A stretch of 62,274 nt of DNA, filler included, from Chlamydiia bacterium (GCA_903848235.1; 11 parts of 11 records of this genome joined end to end with filler, not necessarily neighbours in it), one strand, 5' to 3'. Positions 18,750 through 29,229 are shown, counted from the first letter of the whole stretch. The notes: a model not told the origin generated them from the sequence alone. Numbers and translations are program-made.

Positions 18750-21128
18750 TTGATGAGTACAGCTTGCTCTTCCGAAGAAACACAATTCTCAGGCATTCTT
18801 CAACAACTTTTTATCTCGACTTTGCAAATTTTTTGGACTCATATTCGGGGAATAAAAACTATGGCAGAATGTAGCGATGTTGCAGATATAACACGAATGT
18901 TGCGCGAATCTCTGACGTTTTCTTCTCTGCCTTTTTGTCGAAGTCCTTCCATCGAAGAACTGAGCGTTTTACAGGAAAAAGCTCAGGAAGTAGCTCTCCA
19001 GTTTTTGTTAGGAGAAGGTTCTTCAGACTCGCAACTACAGCTTCAGTTAGACTTTTCGAATCAAGAACGGATGTTTGAGGAGATTGAATCCTATGATGCT
19101 CGTTTTGGGAAAGGAAGTTTGTCCAAAATTCTTGGCACGTGTAAAGCGTTGTTTCCCCAACATGCTGAGCCACCCCCACGCTACGAGCACAACCCATTTC
19201 TTTTCTTCTCTATGCGAACACCAGCCACTACGCTTAATCCTGAGGTGTCTTTTGACAATTCACGTCTTATGGCGACACTTAAAGTTCTCTCTGTGGAGCA
19301 TTATCTTTTCCGAGCGCTGGAGGAAGTTATTTGGCTGAAAAAAATAGAAATAGAAAGCCGGCGGCAGCTCTGTGCAGCGGGCTATCACTATCCCTCATTT
19401 CCTGGAGTCCCCTGTTCATTTCGCTTCCCTCCATATCTTAAAACTCTTTCCTGGCCCATCTTGTTTTTGCGGTGCAAACTTGCCAACATTAGCGGAAATA
19501 CGGCTCATTTCGAGGCGAATGCAGAGAGGTTCAAAGACCTTATAGGTAGGATTTTAAAGGCGGATGAGCGATTTCCTGACTTCAGGGGGCCTCTTCAAGA
19601 TTTTTTTATTGAAGCGAAAAATTTTGAATGTACAGCCAGGCTTTGTACTAAATGGGAGAGCGTGATAGCGACCCTAGACGAATTGGTACACGAGAAAAAT
19701 CTAGGCAGTACAACGATTGAATGGCCTGCAGCTTTGGCATTCTTTCTCGAATGGTATGTGGTATGGAAACAGCGGCTTGTCGTATTGCGAACGGCTACAA
19801 CAGCACGTACGATCCAATCTCTGTCTGACGAGGAGAGGATGGCTCTGAGTGAGCAATGGGATGAGCTATTTATAGATTTTGAAAAACTCTACACCGATGC
19901 ATTGGCAGTTTATAGAGCCGCGCCCAATAGGGAGACGACGCGGGCAGTGTATAGCAATGCCTATACGAAAATGGATCAGCATTTAAAGGGGCTGTACGGG
20001 GGAAGGCGAAATCGGCGCATTGCTAGAAGAGGTTGCGGAATACGAGAATTTTGTGTGATCGCAACTCACTACCCTCTTTTCTCTGCGGCGCAGCTGTCGT
20101 TTCCCGAACTTGCTACCTTGTGTCCTGAAGCAATCCCTCGAGTGATCCCTGAGGACGAACGGCTGATAGTATTGCAGATGAGAGTTGACTTCCATGAGCG
20201 TTCGAAAAGGGAATCTACCCCTCAGGGGGATTTTCGACGAGAATTCCTACCTGAATATCTACTGAAGCAGAGTGTTTCTACTGGCCCGAGGACGTCGCAA
20301 AAAAGCAAAAAGAAATCTCATAAAAAATTGGTTTTCGATCATGCAGCAGTGACGCCACCCGTTGTTCTGCTAAGCGAACTCAAAGCGGCGCCGTCGCTTG
20401 CCTGTGCAGCTTCCGCAATTACCTGCTCTTCAGCGGCCACTCTGCAAAAAAAACTCAAAGAGGTGATATCTATTCCCAGGCCCTTAGCTGAAGAAGTCGC
20501 TCTTGTAGAGGATCCAGAGGTTGTTGCTCGATTTCCTATTCAAATTGGAGAAGGTCCTGGAAATTTTCGTTATAACTGGTCGGTATTGAAATGGACATTT
20601 GACAATCCATTTGTCACTGATGCCAGCTATCGTGATTGTAATTTTTCTCCAGAAGTACGGGCTGCCATACTGCTAGAGCATAATTTTGCTCACGTCATTC
20701 ATAAGCTTTGTATTTTTTTCGGAGCTCGTTATGAAAAAAAATCGGACGAGGGTGTGGTTGAAAGCGTTACCTATGTCCTTCCTGGAGAGGGCTACTGGGA
20801 TGAAGCAAAGTATGAAAAGATGATCTTTGAGATTTGTATCAATCCGACTACAAAAAAAATATTTCATGCCTATGCCACGAATAGAACCCCTTTTCAGCTC
20901 GTCCAACGGTATGCTCGAAATCGGTGTTTCCGTGAAGATGCTGCTGAGGATATTCCAGAGGCGGAAGGCGAGGATGCGCAGCGCCTGACAGATCTGCTGC
21001 CGGATGATGGTAGCCGGGTGACAGATTTTCATCTCAATACTGGCCACGAGGACGGAGAGGAATTTTTTGAAGTTCGAGATCCCAAGTTTTGTGTTACGTA
21101 TAAACTGTATCGATTCCCGGTATACTAA
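18750..21128 (+). CDS. large effector-like hypothetical protein (paralogue A)
   Basis: 792-aa ORF; C-terminal domain aligns by eye with that of the next gene. Confidence 0.75.
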   Translation: MMSTACSSEETQFSGILQQLFISTLQIFWTHIRGIKTMAECSDVADITRMLRESLTFSSLPFCRSPSIEELSVLQEKAQEVALQFLLGEGSSDSQLQLQLDFSNQERMFEEIESYDARFGKGSLSKILGTCKALFPQHAEPPPRYEHNPFLFFSMRTPATTLNPEVSFDNSRLMATLKVLSVEHYLFRALEEVIWLKKIEIESRRQLCAAGYHYPSFPGVPCSFRFPPYLKTLSWPILFLRCKLANISGNTAHFEANAERFKDLIGRILKADERFPDFRGPLQDFFIEAKNFECTARLCTKWESVIATLDELVHEKNLGSTTIEWPAALAFFLEWYVVWKQRLVVLRTATTARTIQSLSDEERMALSEQWDELFIDFEKLYTDALAVYRAAPNRETTRAVYSNAYTKMDQHLKGLYGGRRNRRIARRGCGIREFCVIATHYPLFSAAQLSFPELATLCPEAIPRVIPEDERLIVLQMRVDFHERSKRESTPQGDFRREFLPEYLLKQSVSTGPRTSQKSKKKSHKKLVFDHAAVTPPVVLLSELKAAPSLACAASAITCSSAATLQKKLKEVISIPRPLAEEVALVEDPEVVARFPIQIGEGPGNFRYNWSVLKWTFDNPFVTDASYRDCNFSPEVRAAILLEHNFAHVIHKLCIFFGARYEKKSDEGVVESVTYVLPGEGYWDEAKYEKMIFEICINPTTKKIFHAYATNRTPFQLVQRYARNRCFREDAAEDIPEAEGEDAQRLTDLLPDDGSRVTDFHLNTGHEDGEEFFEVRDPKFCVTYKLYRFPVY

Positions 21129-21130
21129 TT

Positions 21131-23575
21131 ATGTCTTTAGACGCGTCTTCCCCTTCCTTAGAGCAGCTCATTTACATGATGAATACTGCTACTGCTTCTT
21201 CATTTCAGTTGGACAGGAATTGTCAACTTACCGAAACCAAGCAGCCCTCGCACATTCATTTTGATGTGATGAATGTGGTGTTACGAGCCCTAGAACAAAG
21301 TTCTGATGTTCCACAGCAGACATTGGAGCGCCTTACCGTGAGCGTGTATCGCTACCAAAGGAGCGTTTTCTCTTCTATAAAGAAAGACAAAGACGTTTTT
21401 TTGGGGTTAATAGAAAAAATCCGGATGATTTGTCTAGAAAAAATTCGAAGTCTGTCGCAGCAGGAGGTACTTCAGTCTGCTTCGGCACCCCCACTTCTAT
21501 CGATGCGGAAGATTTGTGCCGGACATCTACCAGGAGAAGTCAATGAAGTTGTCCACGAGCTCGTCCTCGATATCCTAGCGCAAGAAAAAAGGCTATTTGA
21601 GGCGTTAGAGACGTTGTTCTACCTCCAGTCTGAGGTTGAGCATCGGCGTACTCTTTCTGCAAGCCGCGTCCATTGTGCAGCACTCCCAGCAATCGGCCCC
21701 TTTACCGTTATAAAAATTGCGGTTGCTCAGAGGCTGTCCTTGCCGTGCCGCCATCCCTCTTCATCGGCTTTTTCACCGCAACTCCCTCCTGTCTCATCAA
21801 GCGTCTGCACAAAGGATGAATATAAAAGGCTGCTCTCGCAACATGCAGTTGCCATTCTCCCTCCTATTCCAGAGAATCTTTCTTCTTCCCTTCTTCTCCT
21901 CCAGTGCCGGCTATCGCAGTTTCTGATGGCAGGCTGCGACATAGATCCAGATGGTCAAAAGTTTCGTACCTTAGTGCAGAGAATAATCCATGCACAGCAG
22001 TTCGCCTCAGAGGGGGAGAAGGATTTTGCTCGTCTTCTTCTTGTGCAGGCAAAACTCATTGAATCTCACGCACGATTTATCACTGAGGGCACATGGGGTT
22101 TAGAGCAGCTCCATCGTTGGAAAAACCTGCATGAAGACTTTCTCTGTGAGCGACCTGTGGCTTTAGAGCAGCTCTTTTCTGAGTATGATGCGTGGATACA
22201 GGAATTTGAACCACTAGCGAAGGTGACAAAAGGGTTATATGAAACTTATCTTCCCGATAGTGTGAAGGAAAATCTGACTGAAAAATGGGATGACGCTCGT
22301 CTGAAGTTTCTCGGTGGGTTTCAAAGGGCTCTTGCCCTGTATCACGACCCAGCACTTGAGGCAGAAAGACGTTGTATCTACAGCGATTCTTTTCAAAGGC
22401 TCAAGCATATCTATGAGGGCATGTCTCCGTCGAGGAGAAAGGTCTATCATCCAAAGGTTGTTTTCTCTGATGTTTTTTCGCTTCCAGGGCGCCTTGTGCG
22501 TAGAGAGTCTCCTGAAGAATTTGCGGTATATGGAAAAGCTGAATTCAAGAGTGTCGTGGATGCGGTGATTTCCATTGAAGAGGGGGGAAAAAAGGCTAAG
22601 GAGTCAGTGGCAATACGGCCTGTAAAAGATGTCCTTGCTCCTCGAATGATGAGAAAAAAAAGGGTGGAAAAGCCCATTTTCTGTCCACCGGCGCCTTTAG
22701 TTGACGATGACGTGCAAGAAGAAAAGAAATGTGCCGAGGATGCTCTGCAAAAAATAGAAGAGCTAAGAATTTCTTCTCCTCCAGGTGAGGAGGTCGTATA
22801 TGAGACGAAGCTTCCCTCTGATCTATCTCCTGAAATACGGCTTGTTGCTTACCCCCCCCCGCCAGTACAAGAAGAAGAGATAGAGGCACTCTCCTCTTCT
22901 TTTTCTGTGCTCTCACTTGATCGCCCTCTGTCAGCTTCGTGCCAGAGGGTAGAAGAACATTATATGCCGATTTCCGCTGCACGGGCAGTGAGAATTGAGG
23001 ATGCATCAGCGTTACATATCGGCGATGGCCCTATGCTACGATATCAATACGACCCAAGGGTTCTTCGATGGTCTTCTCGCTGTCCTGCGGGAAGCGATCC
23101 ATTTACAACAGATGCTCGGTATATTGGGGTTCCACAACATGCTCGCTCTCATATACGACGCATTCATGATGTGCCGTATGTTGCTCATAAGGTGCTGCTT
23201 CTCTGTGGAACTCGTTTTGGCATGCATGAGAGTGGCAAAAATCCAGCACGTGTCTCCTACGCTCTTATTGCTGAGGGAGCGTTTGAAGATGGAGATTTTT
23301 ATAGGGGGGTTCTTACTTTAGCCCGGTTTCACAAAAAAATCTTCCATGTCTCTATGGAACTGAAGTCACCGAGCACAATCTTCTCAGAGCTTGTTCAGAG
23401 GGGTGGTTTTCGAATTCCTGATGAAGTTGAGCTTGATGAACAGCACATGGCGGCAGGGGCTAGCGGCCGCGCCTCTCTTCTCGATGATGGTAGCCGGATT
23501 CAATCGATCAGTGATACATGTATCACCATTGCAGACCCAACACGCAAGGCGACTTGGGAGCTGTATCCATTGTGA
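21131..23575 (+). CDS. large effector-like hypothetical protein (paralogue B)
   Basis: 814-aa ORF starting 2 nt after paralogue A; shared C-terminal domain. Confidence 0.75.
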   Translation: MSLDASSPSLEQLIYMMNTATASSFQLDRNCQLTETKQPSHIHFDVMNVVLRALEQSSDVPQQTLERLTVSVYRYQRSVFSSIKKDKDVFLGLIEKIRMICLEKIRSLSQQEVLQSASAPPLLSMRKICAGHLPGEVNEVVHELVLDILAQEKRLFEALETLFYLQSEVEHRRTLSASRVHCAALPAIGPFTVIKIAVAQRLSLPCRHPSSSAFSPQLPPVSSSVCTKDEYKRLLSQHAVAILPPIPENLSSSLLLLQCRLSQFLMAGCDIDPDGQKFRTLVQRIIHAQQFASEGEKDFARLLLVQAKLIESHARFITEGTWGLEQLHRWKNLHEDFLCERPVALEQLFSEYDAWIQEFEPLAKVTKGLYETYLPDSVKENLTEKWDDARLKFLGGFQRALALYHDPALEAERRCIYSDSFQRLKHIYEGMSPSRRKVYHPKVVFSDVFSLPGRLVRRESPEEFAVYGKAEFKSVVDAVISIEEGGKKAKESVAIRPVKDVLAPRMMRKKRVEKPIFCPPAPLVDDDVQEEKKCAEDALQKIEELRISSPPGEEVVYETKLPSDLSPEIRLVAYPPPPVQEEEIEALSSSFSVLSLDRPLSASCQRVEEHYMPISAARAVRIEDASALHIGDGPMLRYQYDPRVLRWSSRCPAGSDPFTTDARYIGVPQHARSHIRRIHDVPYVAHKVLLLCGTRFGMHESGKNPARVSYALIAEGAFEDGDFYRGVLTLARFHKKIFHVSMELKSPSTIFSELVQRGGFRIPDEVELDEQHMAAGASGRASLLDDGSRIQSISDTCITIADPTRKATWELYPL

Positions 23576-23708
23576 GAATTGTGTCGCGTCAATGATTTCT
23601 TAGGATTCGAATTGCCAAAAAATTATGCCTTGATATACTTCGGGGGCCCTAAATTTTTTTTGGTCCAGATGGTCATATGAGACACCCTGTTAATTTACAG
23701 GATTCTCC

Positions 23709-24026
23709 ATGACATATATTCTGGCGAACCCTGGAAAAAGAAGGTTGACTCCAATGTCTTCACAATTGAGATCTGTAGACGATTCGATACCTTTTGACCC
23801 ATCCGCCGCTACTAGAGACGATCTTGTTGATGCCTCTGAGGAACCGACAGTCCCCGCTGAGGCACCAAAAGTTGCTACTTCACATAAAGGAAGATCCTAC
23901 GCTCGTTGCTGCTATGCTGTGACGACAGTTGCAGCTGTTACCGTTGCTGTTGCGGGAACTGCGTTCCAATTGTATGGCAAGGAGATCATGGGTGCTTATA
24001 CCAACATGATGAACCATACGTCGTAA
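23709..24026 (+). CDS. small protein with low-complexity N-terminus and C-terminal TM helix
   Basis: Ser/Pro/Ala-rich N-terminus and hydrophobic AVTTVAAVTVAVAGTAF. Confidence 0.5.
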   Translation: MTYILANPGKRRLTPMSSQLRSVDDSIPFDPSAATRDDLVDASEEPTVPAEAPKVATSHKGRSYARCCYAVTTVAAVTVAVAGTAFQLYGKEIMGAYTNMMNHTS

Positions 24027-24129
24027 GNNNNNNNNNNNNNNNNNNNNNNNNNNNNNNNNNNNNNNNNNNNNTTAATTAATTAANNNNNNNNNNNNNNNNN
24101 NNNNNNNNNNNNNNNNNNNNNNNNNNNAG

Positions 24130-25830
24130 AGGGTCTATAAAGAGGGGGAAGGACGGGCATGGAATGTAGAAACAGGCACGACGAAGAGTGTCTTAGGGAA
24201 GACAGCTTTGATGTGCTTCGAGGTAGGAGAGATGGAATTCCAGGATCCATTAGGATGCTGGAAGGAGAGGTTTTCCTATGATGCCTTAAATCAGCTTCAG
24301 GGAGAAGAAGGAGAGTTTCAGCTATCCTATGGCTTTGACGCTTTCGGCATTGCAAAGACAACAGCAGCCTCTTGTAGAGATGGGGATGGCAATGTTGTGG
24401 CAAGTGACAATGTTATTTTCGAGTACGATGCCCTGGGCAGGCTTATCGTAAATAAGGTTGGCGATGATGAGGAGTGTTATCGGTATGATGGTTTTGGAAG
24501 GGTGCAGGAGATCACAACGAAGGGGGGAAAGACGAAGAGACTCTGTTGGCTTGGCGGTTGTGAGCTTGGCGCGTTAGAAAAAGGGTGCCTGACACAGCTG
24601 AAGGTTCCGCATCCGGTTTCCCTGCAGCCGGTTGCAATTGAGGTTGGTGCCACGCCTTTTCGTGTGGAGTGTGATGCTCGAGGATCTATCAGCGCATTGT
24701 ATGACCTCTCGTCGAATGCATTGTGTGAGGTCTATCGCTACAGTGCTTTTGGCGCTCTTCATGTCTATGGCTCGTCGCTTGACGCGTTGAGAAAAGTGGC
24801 AATAAGCCCGTGGCTGTATTGTGGGAAGCGCCTGCTCAAGGCGACGTATGATTTTGGGTCTCGGCGCTATTCAGTGCATCTTCAGCGATGGCTAGAAAGA
24901 GATCCTCTTGGGATTGTCGATACCGCTGATGATCGCATGTATGTTCGTAATAATCCTGTTGCCTTTGTTGACCCTACAGGCCTGTTTCCAGTACTTATTG
25001 ACTGGTCAGAGATTTGCAATTCGATATCCCATGCTGTGCAGTGCATAGCGAGCCGTGCTTATAAGACTATTACCTTTGCTAAAGAGCGCTTGGATTGGCT
25101 TTTTGAATTTCAATCGACGTATGAAGATGTGGTTTTTCACTTGCTTGGACGAGCGTGGCTTCGCTGTTCTGGGTATAACTTAGATTCAACCTCGTCGTTT
25201 GTCTATGGAGATGGGGAAGAACGTACGAATGTTCGCATTACGTTGATCAATGGCATTCTCAACGGAGCCCCTGAGGCGAGAAAGTCGGCGGCCCTACTCT
25301 CATCAACTCATGGCCATATCCCTGTTCATTTCGTCTACGCTGCAACACAAGGGTTTTCCGGGGATATGCTTCGCGGTGCCTTTGCTAAGGCAGGTATTGT
25401 CTCTTTGCAGGCGAATTTACTTGTAGATCTCTGGCACGAGCTCATCGATGAGATGGGTGGTGTGAGCGGCGGGGGTACGATTCTCCATTATGCTCATAGC
25501 CTTGGCGCTACCGACACACTCAATGCGCTGCAGCTGCTGACGCCTGAAGAGCGCTCCCTCATCCGCATCGCGACGTTTGGGTCTCCGACGCTTCTCGACG
25601 ACGGGGTGTGTGGAAAGGTTGATAATTATGTGAGTGTGAAAGATGGGGTCCCTATCATTGACTTCCATCGCTATGCCGCTGGCGCGCAAGGAATTCGGCC
25701 GAACGTGCATTTCATCCCTTCTGACGGAACCATACCCCTCGTCGACCATTATTTTGATGGCAAGACCTATACGGGAGTGTTGGAGCTTCTAGGGCAGAAA
25801 TTCCAAGAAGAGTTTCTGCTGGTCCAGTGA
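24130..25830 (+). CDS. RHS/YD-repeat protein with C-terminal DUF687-like alpha/beta hydrolase (5' partial)
   Basis: YD repeats; core end RWLERDPLG...YVRNNPVAFVDPTG; tip INGILN...AHSLG...TFGSP...DGVP...DHYF. Confidence 0.85.
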   Translation, partial: RVYKEGEGRAWNVETGTTKSVLGKTALMCFEVGEMEFQDPLGCWKERFSYDALNQLQGEEGEFQLSYGFDAFGIAKTTAASCRDGDGNVVASDNVIFEYDALGRLIVNKVGDDEECYRYDGFGRVQEITTKGGKTKRLCWLGGCELGALEKGCLTQLKVPHPVSLQPVAIEVGATPFRVECDARGSISALYDLSSNALCEVYRYSAFGALHVYGSSLDALRKVAISPWLYCGKRLLKATYDFGSRRYSVHLQRWLERDPLGIVDTADDRMYVRNNPVAFVDPTGLFPVLIDWSEICNSISHAVQCIASRAYKTITFAKERLDWLFEFQSTYEDVVFHLLGRAWLRCSGYNLDSTSSFVYGDGEERTNVRITLINGILNGAPEARKSAALLSSTHGHIPVHFVYAATQGFSGDMLRGAFAKAGIVSLQANLLVDLWHELIDEMGGVSGGGTILHYAHSLGATDTLNALQLLTPEERSLIRIATFGSPTLLDDGVCGKVDNYVSVKDGVPIIDFHRYAAGAQGIRPNVHFIPSDGTIPLVDHYFDGKTYTGVLELLGQKFQEEFLLVQ

Positions 25831-25948
25831 TTGCAAATGCGCTTCTTTTCTTTCGAAATTAAGGCGAAGTAATTTCCATGGCTACACGCGACACAGATTT
25901 CTCGTGTCTGCGCAAAATTATTTTTTCTTCTAAGGGATCATGGCATCA

Positions 25949-26746
25949 TCATCTTTTTCGTTTCGACCCCTTGCCTCCCGAGCGAGCGATTTCTTTTCGT
26001 TGTTCTGCATCTTTTAGTATCACTTGTTCTGCTCGTCTGGCGCTAGTTCTTCTAAGTCGGGATGGGTCTGATTGTGATGGTTTCAGAAGAGCAAGGGCAG
26101 CTTCTGCCCTCTGATCAATTGTTCTGACTTGTGAAAACGTTTGGATAGAACTACGTAAAGCACAAATGTTGTGAAACAGGGAAAGATGTCGAAAAAAACA
26201 AGACGCAATTGGTTTACTGCCCTCAAATAAATTAACGACGATCTGAGGGATAATCCCACTTACCGCCTGTCTTATGGCGGCAGTGGCCACAGTTTCTACC
26301 GCGGATCCAGGTTTTTTTCGAATTCCTTGCCTTGTGGCTTTAGATACTGTTTCTGCAATATTAGCTGCGCCTGGTTCATCTGGATTGTCCTGAAGCGTAT
26401 CTTGTAGCATTTTTTTTGCTATTCTTAAGGCCGTCTGTCCTAGATTCTGTGTAGATTGAGTAGGTTGACTTGCTGTTTGTTTGGTTTCGGCCGCAGCAGG
26501 TTCAGAAGGTTGTGTCATGTAGTCGAAGAGACTCTTTGCCGTTTTTCCAGTGGAAATAGCAACCGAAGTAACGGCTCCTGCGACAGGTCCGGCTGTGAGG
26601 GTTAAAACGCCTGGTATAATATCAAGGGCAACTTTTGCAATTCTGCCCAAATCATCTCTATATCTGCTTATAAGTATCGTTACGCCGTCGTCAGGACTAG
26701 GGTATACAATCTGATCAAAAGATCCATATTCACTAACAAGAGACAT
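25949..26746 (-). CDS. hypothetical effector-like protein
   Basis: 265-aa ORF with AGGAG RBS; Thr/Ala/Gln-rich. Confidence 0.6.
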   Translation of the reverse strand: MSLVSEYGSFDQIVYPSPDDGVTILISRYRDDLGRIAKVALDIIPGVLTLTAGPVAGAVTSVAISTGKTAKSLFDYMTQPSEPAAAETKQTASQPTQSTQNLGQTALRIAKKMLQDTLQDNPDEPGAANIAETVSKATRQGIRKKPGSAVETVATAAIRQAVSGIIPQIVVNLFEGSKPIASCFFRHLSLFHNICALRSSIQTFSQVRTIDQRAEAALALLKPSQSDPSRLRRTSARRAEQVILKDAEQRKEIARSGGKGSKRKR

Positions 26747-26909
26747 ATTTTTCTCCTTGCTTCTTAGTTCTCATTCTATCGAGAAAAGTATTTTTTGAAA
26801 AGCAGCAATACTGGGCTTTAGTGCCAGTAATTGGAATATTTCGTTCGACTCCGGCCCTTATTAATACTATTTCTGCTCTGAGAGGTTACCGTCAGCGCCG
26901 AGAGGGGGC

Positions 26910-27072
26910 TTAACCCGAGTTTACAAGTTATGCATGGGCCTCTGACACAATATTTTGGCGTCAAATGACGTACCTTTTCGGTCGCAAGTTGGTGCTACAA
27001 CCGAAAATGTACGTCATTGGAAACCAAAATCATGCGCCATAGGCCCATCCCCAACTTGTAAACTCGGGTTAA
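26910..27072. repeat. Palindromic MITE-like element family D
   Basis: Terminal IR TTAACCCGAGTTTACAAGTT; nearly the whole element folds as one hairpin. Confidence 0.85.
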
Positions 27073-27174
27073 TGATTGCCGTTTCTAAATAGGGTCGCAA
27101 TTTTTCATTTCATTGAAATTAATTAATATATTTGATACAAATTGATTCTGTTTGATTTAATAACTAGGCGTTTT

Positions 27175-28812
27175 ATGTATTTAGTTCTAGACCAGGATTC
27201 TGTGTATTCGGGCTATTCTGTGCCATTTTCTCCCGGTAGTATTCTGCCGAGCGTTCGTCAACCTGTTTTATCAGTTCAAGGAGATCTATCCGCAAACAAG
27301 TTGAAGAAGCGTCAGATTTTTTCACTTATGTCGAGAGAATCTCTTGTTGCGCAGTGCACAGAAGAAGATGGAAAAAGAAACTGTCAGATGGTGCCTTCCA
27401 ATTCGCGGTATGCCTGTTTAGAAGGATCTGTGCCTGAACGCTTTGTTCCTGGATGGACAAGCGAGCACAACGTCAGAGACGACTCATTTTGGGGAAATTT
27501 TAGCTACTATGGAGATGAAGAAGCCGGAGACCTTCCCTTCCGTGTCACAGCCTCGAGTTCTGAAGTGTGCCTGTTAGTTGAGAGGGATCGTTGGGCTTTT
27601 CCTGGAAGGGAGCCCGTGATGAAATTTTCCTCGGGAAATACCTTTGCTATCAAATATCGAGGCCCCATTCGCTCAGAGATTGTTGAATTCGAACTGACAA
27701 TAGAGGGAGGACAACTACAGGCTAAGATCATCAACGACAGTCGGACGAGCGACCTCTCAGACATTGAGTATCTTGGCTATGAGCTGACGACTCTTGACTA
27801 CACAACCTGTGTCGAGCCGACAAAAGCTCTGATGTTTCGGGGAGGTATTCATACACCATACACTGTCTTCAAACGAATCATGGGAGAGGAGACGCTATGG
27901 AAGGATTTAGCTCAGGAAGCCGGAATAGAAAGGAGTTGCTTTGGGCAAGTCGTTTCTATGTCTTTAGTGTGTAATGGCCTAGCTCACGTCGTTCACTATA
28001 TTCTTCCTCCGAATCATAAGCCTGGAGAGCGACATCCAACGGTTTTCTACGTCCACGGAGGCCCGACAGGACATTATGATGGGGATTTTTCATCCATTGA
28101 GCACTCCTGGCTTCAGTATATCGCTTCTCAAGGGTATGTGGCAGTTGGCATCAACTATCGAGGCAATACCGGGTATGGAGCTGACTATCAACACGCCATT
28201 ATCGGAGATTTTGGTGGACAGCACATAGAAGATGTCAAGCAGATGGCAGTACGGATTCGTCAATTGGACTGTGTTGATCCCCAGAAGATGCATTATTTTG
28301 GCCATAGCTTTGGGTCGTATACCGGTGGGATGCTGCTCTCTTGCCATGGAGCTTTTGTCCAGCAGACCTTTAAAACCATGATCCTTGCTTCGGGTGTCTA
28401 TGACTGGTCAAAAAATATTTGGGCCAAGGATGCCGATTCCTTTTTTGGACCTTTTGATAAAGATACTGCTGAGCGACGGATGGGTGGGTGGCTGCCGCAG
28501 ATTCACAAGCAACTTAAGGCAGCACAAGGCTCGCTCTATGCAGATCCTGCTTCTGATGCAGAATTGAATGGAAGAATTTCGCCAATGGCGCAGAGGGTCT
28601 TAACACCGTCTGTTCCTGTCCTCCTCATCCATGGTGATGCGGATACACAGGTTACTTTGTTCTCAACGCAGCAGTTCTACGAACGGCTCAAACATGAGGG
28701 GGCTGCTGCTGAATGTGTTTTCGTGAACGGAGCTGTTTATGGATACGCGGGCGCTGAAGCTTCCTGCAGCTTTGTGAGAAATCTTTCGAGCTTCCTAGGG
28801 ACATACAGCTAG
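27175..28812 (+). CDS. S9 prolyl-oligopeptidase-family protein
   Basis: YVHGGP, INYRGNTGYG, GHSFG nucleophile, HGDAD. Confidence 0.85.
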   Translation: MYLVLDQDSVYSGYSVPFSPGSILPSVRQPVLSVQGDLSANKLKKRQIFSLMSRESLVAQCTEEDGKRNCQMVPSNSRYACLEGSVPERFVPGWTSEHNVRDDSFWGNFSYYGDEEAGDLPFRVTASSSEVCLLVERDRWAFPGREPVMKFSSGNTFAIKYRGPIRSEIVEFELTIEGGQLQAKIINDSRTSDLSDIEYLGYELTTLDYTTCVEPTKALMFRGGIHTPYTVFKRIMGEETLWKDLAQEAGIERSCFGQVVSMSLVCNGLAHVVHYILPPNHKPGERHPTVFYVHGGPTGHYDGDFSSIEHSWLQYIASQGYVAVGINYRGNTGYGADYQHAIIGDFGGQHIEDVKQMAVRIRQLDCVDPQKMHYFGHSFGSYTGGMLLSCHGAFVQQTFKTMILASGVYDWSKNIWAKDADSFFGPFDKDTAERRMGGWLPQIHKQLKAAQGSLYADPASDAELNGRISPMAQRVLTPSVPVLLIHGDADTQVTLFSTQQFYERLKHEGAAAECVFVNGAVYGYAGAEASCSFVRNLSSFLGTYS

Positions 28813-28821
28813 GCTTTCCCG

Positions 28822-29229
28822 TTATGACGACTTTACTCCTGAGGAAAAGAGTTGGCGAAGCCAGCTCTTCAGGTCGTCTTCATTTCTGATCTCCTGCATC
28901 GTCAATGATGGTGCTGTTTCGACGAGATTGTCAATTAACGCCCTGACAACTGTATTGGCCGTAATCCGCTCACTGTTTTCCCCTTTCAGCTCGGTTTTGG
29001 AGCGAAAGCGCATGATCGTGCGTGCTAGGTCTTCCACGGCATCGCGCTGCTGATTGGTTAGTAAGACCGTCACTTTCTCAAGGGTTCGCCATTTAGGAAC
29101 AGTCGATGTTCTTGACTTAGCAACTTCTGGAGTTGTGGACTTCTCGGCCTTGGGAGTGGCGGACTTGAGCCCCCCAAAGAGGGATTTCTTTGTTTCTTCT
29201 GGATCAATAACCACGGCTTGTCTCCACAC
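28822..29229 (-). CDS. putative ParA partner (centromere-binding-type small protein)
   Basis: Overlaps the parA 3' end; flexible N-terminus, then KVTVLL strand and helices (RHH-like). Confidence 0.5.
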   Translation of the reverse strand: MWRQAVVIDPEETKKSLFGGLKSATPKAEKSTTPEVAKSRTSTVPKWRTLEKVTVLLTNQQRDAVEDLARTIMRFRSKTELKGENSERITANTVVRALIDNLVETAPSLTMQEIRNEDDLKSWLRQLFSSGVKSS

